Source: Armatimonadota bacterium
GTDB lineage: Bacteria; Armatimonadota; Armatimonadia; Armatimonadales; Armatimonadaceae
Assembly (NCBI GenBank): GCA_043754515.1
Contig: JAYUUO010000116.1
Location: 1-12,760, forward strand
Reading direction: 5' to 3'
Length of the DNA stretch: 12,760 nucleotides
Positions 5,919 to 12,760 of this stretch are shown one piece after another. Both the position numbers and the translations under genes were made by a program. The notes under the pieces are model-generated. The model did not search any database, was not told where the DNA came from, and saw only the letters and a list, made by a program, of their open reading frames with translations. Every line of letters starts with the position of its first letter. Position 1 is the stretch's first letter.

Positions 5919-8900
5919 GTGGCTAGCGAACTATTCGAGAACGAATCCGGTGCCGGAGGCACCACGACCGACCCCGCGTCACCGACGAGCACCCGGCGAA
6001 GCAAGACTGCAACCGCGCAATCCTCCACCGAACCCGGCGGCGCGGCTCCCCTGATGGCGGCCCCGACCTCGGCGGCGAACTACGCCTCCCCGCTGCTCCC
6101 CGATCGCATCAACGAGGCGGTGTCGGGCACGGCGCAACCGAGCATCTTCGCGGGCGAAGGGGTCACCTTCCCCCGCCACTTCACCGAGCCGGGCAAGGAT
6201 GTTTTCGAGACCACGGAGTGGGACTACCGGAGCGCGATCATCTCGGGCGAGGGCGGCGCGGTCGTCTTCGAGCAGAAGAACGTCGAGATCCCGAAGTCGT
6301 GGTCCATGCTCGCCACCAACGTGGTCGTCTCGAAATACTTCCGGGGCAAGGTCGGCTCGCCGGGGCGCGAGCATTCGGTCCGCCAGCTGATCACCCGCGT
6401 CGCGGACACGATCTATAACTGGGGCAAGAAAGGCAACTACTTCGCGACGGACGCCGACGCCGAGTCGTTCCACGACGAACTCAAGTATTTGCTACTCCAC
6501 CAGTACATGGCGTTCAACTCGCCGGTCTGGTTTAATTTAGGCGTTCCTGGCGAGCGGCCTCAAGTGAGTGCTTGCTTTATCAACTCCGTCGAGGACACGA
6601 TGGAGAGCATTCTGACCCTCGCCAAGACCGAGGGGATGCTGTTCAAGTGGGGATCGGGGACGGGGACGAACGTTTCCGTGCTCCGCTCGTCGCAAGAATC
6701 GCTGAAGGGCGGCGGCACGGCGTCCGGTCCCGTGTCATTCATGCGCGGTTTCGACGCGTTTGCTGGCGCGATAAAAAGCGGCGGTAAAACCAGGCGAGCA
6801 GCTAAGATGGTGATTCTGAACGCCGACCACCCCGACATCGAGGAGTTCATCGAGGCGAAGGCGGACGCGGAGAAGAAGGCGCACGCGCTGATCGAGGCGG
6901 GCTACTCCGGCGCGTTCAACGTGCCGAACGGCGCGTACGACTCGGTGTTCTTCCAGAACGCGAACCACTCCGTGCGCGGCACCGACGACTTCATGCGCGC
7001 GGTCGAACTGGACCGCGAATGGGCGACCCGCGAGGTGACCACCGGCGCGGTCGCGAAGACCTACCGCGCCAAAGAACTGATGCGCCGGATCGCGGAGGCG
7101 ACCTGGGTCTGCGGCGACCCCGGCATGCAGTTCGACACCACGGCGAACCGCTGGCACACCTGCCCGAACACAGGGCGCATCAACGCGTCGAACCCGTGCT
7201 GCATCACGGGCGACACGAAAATCGCGGTCGCCGACGGGCGGAACGCGGTCGCGATCCGCGACCTCGCCGGACAGGTAGTCCCCGTCTACGTCTGGGATCA
7301 CGCCGCGAAACGCACGGTGATCGCGCCGATGCACCACATCGAGGTGAAACGGCAGGGCGCGCCGGTGTACCGGGTCACGCTCGACGACGGCTCGTCGTTC
7401 CGGGCGACCGACGACCACCTGATCATGCTCAAGGACGGCTCGTACCGGCAGGTCAAGGATCTGAACCCGGGCGACTCGCTCAACCCGTTCCACTCCCAGG
7501 TCAAGCAACTCCAGGAATCCCGCTCCAAGCGGCGTTACATCTACTCGGGGAAAGGTTGGCAGGCTCAGTACCGCAAGATCTGGCAGCACGCGAACGGAGC
7601 CGCGCCGGAGGGTTTTCACATCCACCACCGCGACTTCGATAGCCTCAACGACTCGCTGGCGAACCTGGAACTGATGGGCGAGGCGGAACACCGAACGCTA
7701 CACGTGTCCGCGATGCTCGGCGACAAAAACCCGGCCCGGCGTCTGATGAACGACACGTGGCGGGCGAACCTGTCCCACGCCATGACCGGGGAGAAGAACC
7801 CTAACTTCGGCCATACGCACGGGGAAGACACCCGCGACGCCATGCGGTCCGCGGCGGCGGTGCGCTGGGCCGACCCCGCGCAACACGCGGCGATGTCGGA
7901 CACGGCGAAGGCGCGGGTGCGGGCACTGCGCGACGCCGGGAAGCCGGTCGGTCGCACGCCCGGCGAGCGGTACGAGCGGTGCTGCCCGGCTTGCCGTGGC
8001 AACTTCGTGACGGCCCGTGAATCGCAGATATTCTGCGGGAGCGAATGCCGGTACAGCCCCCTCGGGCTGGGCATGATCGGCGCGAAGGGCGGGGTGTCAC
8101 GGCGCGGTTGCGTGCCGTCTCCGGAGCACCGCGAGAAGTTACGCCTGACCTCGCGGACGGCGTCGCGGCCCGAGGATAAGCGGCGGGCGCAGGAGAATAG
8201 CCTCCGGTCGCGGTGCCTCAAAGCCGCCCGGCTACTGTCGGACGCCGGTTTCGAGCCGACTCTTGCCGGTTGGGACGGGTTGCGGGACGCGGCGCGGACG
8301 CTGGGGGCGGCGCATGTGCCGCAGTCGGCGTCGGTTCAGCGGTTCTTCGCGTCCGACGCCGAGCTGCGCGAGCACGCGGCGTTGTACAACCACAAGGTCG
8401 TCTCCGTCGCGTTCGACGGGAACGAGGATGTGTACGACGGGACCGTGGACGATCATCACAACTTCGGCATCGTGACCAGCGAGACGGCGGCGATAGGCGG
8501 GGAGGACGCGCCTGACTTCTCGGGCTGCTTCATCCATAACAGCGAGTTCTTCTTCCTGGATGACACCGCATGTAACCTCGCTTCGCTTAACTTAATGAAG
8601 TTCCGGGGCGCGGATCGCGAGTTCGACACGGAGATGTTCCGCCACGCCGTGCGGGTGACCACGACCGCGCAGGAGATCATGGTCGGCAACGCGGCGTACC
8701 CGACGGATAAGATCACGATCAACTCGCACGACTACCGCCCGCTGGGCCTGGGCTATGCGAATCTCGGCGCGCTCCTGATGGCGCGCGGCCTGGCGTACGA
8801 CTCGGACGAGGGGCGCGCCTACGCCGCCGCGATCACGGCGATTTTGTCGGGCGAGGGCTACACGCAGTCGGCGAAGATCGCGCGGCGCGTCGGTGCGTTC

Positions 8901-10286
8901 GCCGGGTACGAGCAGAACAAGCAGCCGATGACCCGCGTGATGCAGATGCACCGCGACCACGTCGAGGCGATCGCGAAGCAGTACGTGCCCGACGCCATGA
9001 TCCAGGCCGCCCGCAAGGCGTGGGACAACTGCCTGGACGAGGGGGCGAAGTACGGCTACCGCAACGCGCAGATCAGTGTTCTGGCGCCGACCGGCACGAT
9101 CGGTTTCATGATGGACTGCGACACGACTGGCGTCGAGCCGGACATCGCGATCGTGAAGTTCAAGTCGCTGGTCGGCGGCGGGTTCTTCAAGATCGTGAAT
9201 CAGACGGTGCCGGAGGCACTGGAAAGGCTCGGCTACACAGCGTCCGAACGCAAGGCGATTCTGGAGTACATTGAGGAGCGGGACACCATCGAGGGCGCGC
9301 CGGGGCTGGCCGACGAACATCTGTCGGTGTTCGACTGCGCGTTCCGGGCGAAGAACGGGGTGCGCTCGATCCACTACCTCGGGCATATCAAGATGATGGC
9401 GGCGGTCCAGCCGTTCATCAGTGGCGCGATCAGCAAGACGTGCAACCTGCCGCATGAGGCGACCCCCAGCGACATCGCGGAGGCGTACATGGAGGCGTGG
9501 AAGCTCGGCACGAAGGCGATAGCGATCTACCGCGACGGCTCAAAGAAGACGCAACCGCTCTCGACGGGCATGACGGAGAAACCGGCGACGAAGGAGGCCG
9601 CTCCCGTGGCGATCCCGGAGTTCAAGCCGTTCCGCCGCAAACTGCCGGACGAGCGGGCGTCGCTGACGCACAAGTTCAGCGTCGGTGGGCACGAGGGCTA
9701 TATCACTATCGGCACGTACCCGGACGGCCAGGTCGGCGAGATATTCGTCACGATGAGCAAGGAAGGGTCGGTCGTTTCTGGGCTGATGGACTCGTTCGCG
9801 ACGGCGATCTCGCTCAGTCTGCAATACGGGGTTCCGCTCAAAACGCTGGTGGACAAGTTCATGCACACGCGCTTCGAGCCGTCGGGCTTTACCGGGAACC
9901 CGGACATCCCGATGGCGAAGAGTATCATGGACTACCTGTTCCGCTACCTCGCGCTGAAGTTCCTGGACCGGGACGAGCGCGCGAACGTCGGCTTGATCGC
10001 GGATCAGGACGACAGCGAGTACGGCGGGGCGGAGTCCATGTCGGAGCGGGCGGACGCGGGGCCGATCAAGCTCGCGACGGCGCGGCTGGTGCGCGGGAAT
10101 CCGGGCCAGAACGGGCCGGTCGGTGCGCCCGCTCCGGCGGGCGAAAATCGGGCGGGGGCGGCAGAGCGTCAGGTGTTCGTGACGCAGGCGGACGCGCCGC
10201 CGTGCCCGGAGTGCGGCTCGATCACGACGCGGAACGGGGCGTGTTATCGGTGCGCGAACTGCGGGACGAGCATCGGCTGCTCGTAG
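5919..10286 (+). CDS. nrdJ: Adenosylcobalamin-dependent (class II) ribonucleotide reductase with C-terminal TSCPD-type domain and Zn ribbon, containing an intein (1455-aa precursor, 1008 aa after splicing)
   Basis: AGGAAGGA RBS before GTG 5919. Motifs FNSPVWFN, SACF, IKSGGKTRRAAKM, NASNPC|SE, TACNLASLNL, APTGTI, GAISKT, IYRDGSK, RFEPSG, and CPECG...CYRCANCG. Confidence 0.96.
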   Translation: MASELFENESGAGGTTTDPASPTSTRRSKTATAQSSTEPGGAAPLMAAPTSAANYASPLLPDRINEAVSGTAQPSIFAGEGVTFPRHFTEPGKDVFETTEWDYRSAIISGEGGAVVFEQKNVEIPKSWSMLATNVVVSKYFRGKVGSPGREHSVRQLITRVADTIYNWGKKGNYFATDADAESFHDELKYLLLHQYMAFNSPVWFNLGVPGERPQVSACFINSVEDTMESILTLAKTEGMLFKWGSGTGTNVSVLRSSQESLKGGGTASGPVSFMRGFDAFAGAIKSGGKTRRAAKMVILNADHPDIEEFIEAKADAEKKAHALIEAGYSGAFNVPNGAYDSVFFQNANHSVRGTDDFMRAVELDREWATREVTTGAVAKTYRAKELMRRIAEATWVCGDPGMQFDTTANRWHTCPNTGRINASNPCCITGDTKIAVADGRNAVAIRDLAGQVVPVYVWDHAAKRTVIAPMHHIEVKRQGAPVYRVTLDDGSSFRATDDHLIMLKDGSYRQVKDLNPGDSLNPFHSQVKQLQESRSKRRYIYSGKGWQAQYRKIWQHANGAAPEGFHIHHRDFDSLNDSLANLELMGEAEHRTLHVSAMLGDKNPARRLMNDTWRANLSHAMTGEKNPNFGHTHGEDTRDAMRSAAAVRWADPAQHAAMSDTAKARVRALRDAGKPVGRTPGERYERCCPACRGNFVTARESQIFCGSECRYSPLGLGMIGAKGGVSRRGCVPSPEHREKLRLTSRTASRPEDKRRAQENSLRSRCLKAARLLSDAGFEPTLAGWDGLRDAARTLGAAHVPQSASVQRFFASDAELREHAALYNHKVVSVAFDGNEDVYDGTVDDHHNFGIVTSETAAIGGEDAPDFSGCFIHNSEFFFLDDTACNLASLNLMKFRGADREFDTEMFRHAVRVTTTAQEIMVGNAAYPTDKITINSHDYRPLGLGYANLGALLMARGLAYDSDEGRAYAAAITAILSGEGYTQSAKIARRVGAFAGYEQNKQPMTRVMQMHRDHVEAIAKQYVPDAMIQAARKAWDNCLDEGAKYGYRNAQISVLAPTGTIGFMMDCDTTGVEPDIAIVKFKSLVGGGFFKIVNQTVPEALERLGYTASERKAILEYIEERDTIEGAPGLADEHLSVFDCAFRAKNGVRSIHYLGHIKMMAAVQPFISGAISKTCNLPHEATPSDIAEAYMEAWKLGTKAIAIYRDGSKKTQPLSTGMTEKPATKEAAPVAIPEFKPFRRKLPDERASLTHKFSVGGHEGYITIGTYPDGQVGEIFVTMSKEGSVVSGLMDSFATAISLSLQYGVPLKTLVDKFMHTRFEPSGFTGNPDIPMAKSIMDYLFRYLALKFLDRDERANVGLIADQDDSEYGGAESMSERADAGPIKLATARLVRGNPGQNGPVGAPAPAGENRAGAAERQVFVTQADAPPCPECGSITTRNGACYRCANCGTSIGCS
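7200..8540 (+). mobile_element. Intein (447 aa) with an HNH homing endonuclease, NUMOD3-like motifs and a Cys4 Zn finger
   Basis: Block A CITGDTKIAVADG, block B RATDDH (TxxH), block F VYDGTVDDHHNF, block G FIHN|S. Removing it restores NPC-SEF. The internal HHRDFDSLNDSLANLELMGEAEH is an HNH motif. Confidence 0.95.
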
Positions 10287-10299
10287 ATTAGCAAGCTAT

Positions 10300-10337
10300 G
10301 AAGAGCAGGGGCGAGAATAACTCCGACCCTGCTCTTC
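10300..10337 (+). terminator. Stem-loop after nrdJ (probable terminator or 3' stabiliser)
   Basis: GAAGAGCAGGG (10300-10310) pairs with CCCTGCTCTTC (10327-10337). There is no clear U tract. Confidence 0.6.
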
Positions 10338-10445
10338 CCAGCCTAAGTAGTTGTTAACTTATACCTCGGACGATCTGGATCGAACAGAGTGATATATTGA
10401 TCATGTCAGAGATTACAGGCAGTAGACCCAGCCCGACGCGCAAAA

Positions 10446-11198
10446 ATGTCAAAAATAAAAGTATACGCAGATGAGAGTCGTCAGAATGCTCACAAGTTCA
10501 TGTTATTCGGGGCGATCTTCCTTGAGGCAGGGAAACCGGAGAGCGACTTTGAAGCAGACATGAGTGAATTTCGCGACCGGCACGATTTTCATCACGAATT
10601 TAAATGGGGCAAAGTATCGAGATCGTATTTGCCACACTACAAGGAGTTCGTTGACATTTTTTTCGACCATGAGAATGTTCAGTTTCGTTGCTTCGCAGTA
10701 GAGGAGTGTAAGATTGATTATAGTTACCATAAAGATGACGAGAATATAAATCACGCGGAAAACGCGTTTTACGCATTCTATCGGTTGTTTCTGAGCCGCA
10801 ATATGACAATCGGAGATACTCATCAGGTGGTAGTAGATAAACGAAATGACCTAAAAAAGAAAAGCGGAGACCAGTCTGGTCGCCTGTGCCAGATGAAGGA
10901 TTTGATAAACTTATGGGCGGAAGTCGAGAGGTCGTCTGGTAAGCCATTAGTATCGCACGTCGAAGCCAGAGATTCAAAGAAGAGCGACACGATCCAGATG
11001 AACGATCTGTTATTAGGTGCTGTTGGATACGACCTGACAGGGTATCGAAATGTCAGCGGTGCAGCTCCCCATAAAGGAGACTTCTGCCACTACCTTGAGT
11101 CAAAGCTTGGTTGCGACTCACTGAAAGACTTCCGCGTGCGAACTCCAGACTTCAACTTGTGGGTATTCGACTTCGACAAGGTGAAGCCGAAGTTGTGA
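10446..11198 (+). CDS. DUF3800 domain protein (predicted RNase H-like fold nuclease)
   Basis: N-terminal VYADES, EFKWGK, central VVVD, and C-terminal DSKKSDTIQMNDLLLG (Q-xx-D). Visibly lower GC than nrdJ. Confidence 0.85.
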   Translation: MSKIKVYADESRQNAHKFMLFGAIFLEAGKPESDFEADMSEFRDRHDFHHEFKWGKVSRSYLPHYKEFVDIFFDHENVQFRCFAVEECKIDYSYHKDDENINHAENAFYAFYRLFLSRNMTIGDTHQVVVDKRNDLKKKSGDQSGRLCQMKDLINLWAEVERSSGKPLVSHVEARDSKKSDTIQMNDLLLGAVGYDLTGYRNVSGAAPHKGDFCHYLESKLGCDSLKDFRVRTPDFNLWVFDFDKVKPKL

Positions 11199-11210
11199 AG
11201 ATAGAAGATG

Positions 11211-11302
11211 GCTAAGCAGCCCGCCCCAGCTCCTAACTCAGATGATCTGCTGCTCTACCCATTTAGGTAGAAATTCGGTGACTGGTGGCGGTCTGCTCTA
11301 AC
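11211..11302 (-). ncRNA. Candidate DUF3800-associated structured ncRNA
   Basis: A long closing helix (11215-11229 with 11282-11297, extendable to 11211/11302) encloses hairpins TCTACC/GGTAGA (11254-11271) and CAGA/TCTG (11239-11249). A minus-strand promoter lies immediately upstream. Confidence 0.6.
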
Positions 11303-11308
11303 AGGTAG

Positions 11309-11337
11309 AGTGTAAAGTATAAGATGTCTTTTGTCAA
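11309..11337 (-). promoter_or_regulatory. Minus-strand sigma70 promoter driving the candidate ncRNA
   Basis: Minus strand reads TTGACA (11337-11332), 17-bp spacer, TACACT (11314-11309). Predicted TSS is about 11302. Confidence 0.7.
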
Positions 11338-11436
11338 GGTCATTTGTTTCTACGAGAGCTTGCGTTGGGAGTACGTCTCAGTCACATATTCGAATATCAG
11401 AAGTCTACCTATCAAAATAGAGGAGAACTCGCCCTC

Positions 11437-12558
11437 TTGTCGAATATCGAACCAACAAGGGGAAGTTTCATCTTGGTGCGCGAGGCGTTACACAAACAAC
11501 TAGAGGAGTTAAGGCAATTAGCGGAAGGTAGGGCGTCAGAGAGGACGCTGGAAACGCGCGTCGTGCTGATTCTCGAACGGCTTGGCTGGATGGCAACTCA
11601 GATCGAACAGGATGTGCCATTAACCCCACGTGGGAATGACCGGGCGGACATTGTTGTTCGCGTCGGCGAGCGACATGCCGTTCTGGTGGAAGTCAAGCGG
11701 CGCGGTGAAATGCGCGGTGCCGAGGAGCAGTTGCGCCGCTACTGCCAGCTGCTGACCCCTCGCCCCCGCCTTGCATTCCTCACCGATGGGGTGCGGTGGA
11801 GCGTCTTCTACGCTAGCCTGAATCAAGTCCGGGAGTTGTACACCGGCGAGGCGATGATCGACGCCGAAGCCATCATTGACATGCTCTTGATCATAAGCCC
11901 CGAATCACTGAGCGAGACGAATCTTGCCTTGCGGTTCGATTTTCTGGACGTTGTGGAGCAAGGGCTGTCGCGTTTAAGCAGTCAAGAACAGTCGCGCCTG
12001 TTGCCGTGCTACATGACCACGATCAGTTTTCTGTTGGGAAAAGAGTTGCCGATGATGGCTACCCCTGTTGCCGTGGCAGTCCCGGTCGTCGCCGTTGTGC
12101 CGACGCCCCCGGAAGCAAGAGCGCGGGAAGACACACCGCCAAGCGACGGCGAACTATTGATACTTGATGTGCTGAACCCGCCGCTACGCCACTCCAAGAT
12201 GCGCGGACGAGTGGCGGGCGTTGATGTCACGTCGTGGCGAACCGTTGTGCATGTCGCCGTTCGCCACGCGGTCGAGGCGGGCATGACCGGCGCGGAGATA
12301 CGAGACTTAACCTCCATTAATCTGCGCGAGGAGCATTTCAACGAAGACGGCTTCGCCCCCGTGACGGGGACAAGCCTTTCCGTACAGGCAATGGATGCGA
12401 ACCGCTCGTGGACGTCGGCCTTTAGCCTCATCCGCCGCCTGAATCTACCGGTCGAGATCACCGTTGACTGGACGGAGAAAGCGAACGAGGATTGGCGGGG
12501 CAAGCGGGGTATGTTGCGCTGGGTGCCGTCCGGAGACAAACTGGCTTCTCTTCCTTAA
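11437..12558 (+). CDS. HsdR_N-like PD-(D/E)xK nuclease domain fused by a Pro/Val/Ala linker to a C-terminal domain of unknown function
   Basis: RADIVV...VEVKR...QLRRY...AFLTDGVRW is the type I restriction enzyme R N-terminal pattern; no helicase motifs are present. The start is uncertain: TTG 11437 after AGGAG, GTG 11476, or ORF-track 11344. Confidence 0.75.
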   Translation: MSNIEPTRGSFILVREALHKQLEELRQLAEGRASERTLETRVVLILERLGWMATQIEQDVPLTPRGNDRADIVVRVGERHAVLVEVKRRGEMRGAEEQLRRYCQLLTPRPRLAFLTDGVRWSVFYASLNQVRELYTGEAMIDAEAIIDMLLIISPESLSETNLALRFDFLDVVEQGLSRLSSQEQSRLLPCYMTTISFLLGKELPMMATPVAVAVPVVAVVPTPPEARAREDTPPSDGELLILDVLNPPLRHSKMRGRVAGVDVTSWRTVVHVAVRHAVEAGMTGAEIRDLTSINLREEHFNEDGFAPVTGTSLSVQAMDANRSWTSAFSLIRRLNLPVEITVDWTEKANEDWRGKRGMLRWVPSGDKLASLP

Positions 12559-12760
12559 GGAGGTCCGCACTTCGCCACGCCTCGCTTCCCTTCACGGACT
12601 CCTCGAACGTCTCGCCGTCCGCAGGGCGAGGTGCACGAACAGCAGGTAAGCAATCCACGCCTGAGAAACGGCATCCTCCCCTTGGCGATACCACGGGTAG
12701 TCTGCTCGCCATTCGCGGTGTAGAATAACGGGTAGTACCACAGCGGTGAACGACGCACCT

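Noticed and set aside
5979..10291. Many antisense and alternate-frame ORFs inside nrdJ (e.g. 6735-7691, 8592-9455, 9497-10291)
   Set aside because: These are expected stop-poor shadows of high-GC3 coding DNA and show no recognisable motifs.
12458..12760. Short ORFs and a GGAGGTCCG/CGGACTCC inverted repeat at the right edge
   Set aside because: No recognisable protein motifs. The hairpin has a large loop and no U tract, so it cannot be supported without flanking sequence.

Overview
GC-rich bacterial DNA, probably Armatimonadota or a similar lineage (inferred from the prepilin-N/H-X9-DG protein). In order, the window holds: the 3' end and right inverted repeat of an ISAs1-family IS; a prepilin-type/H-X9-DG gene; tRNA-Ser(GGA) with a consensus sigma70 promoter; a PIG-L deacetylase; a DUF5658-like membrane protein; a convergent class II Fic protein with a likely frameshifted tail; a small secreted CxxC protein; and an nrdR-nrdJ operon. 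The operon promoter carries four phased NrdR boxes. The class II ribonucleotide reductase is split right after its radical Cys by a 447-aa intein with HNH, NUMOD3-like and Zn-finger domains. A lower-GC accessory block follows, with a DUF3800 (RNase H-like) gene and an HsdR_N-type nuclease. Two leads stand out: (i) a structured ~92-nt ncRNA candidate with its own TTGACA-17-TACACT promoter, firing convergently at the DUF3800 gene, which suggests a nuclease-RNA module; (ii) patches of A/T-ending codons at empty catalytic, intein-hotspot motifs of nrdJ, which may reflect homing-endonuclease escape. Family assignments come from recalled motifs, not database searches.
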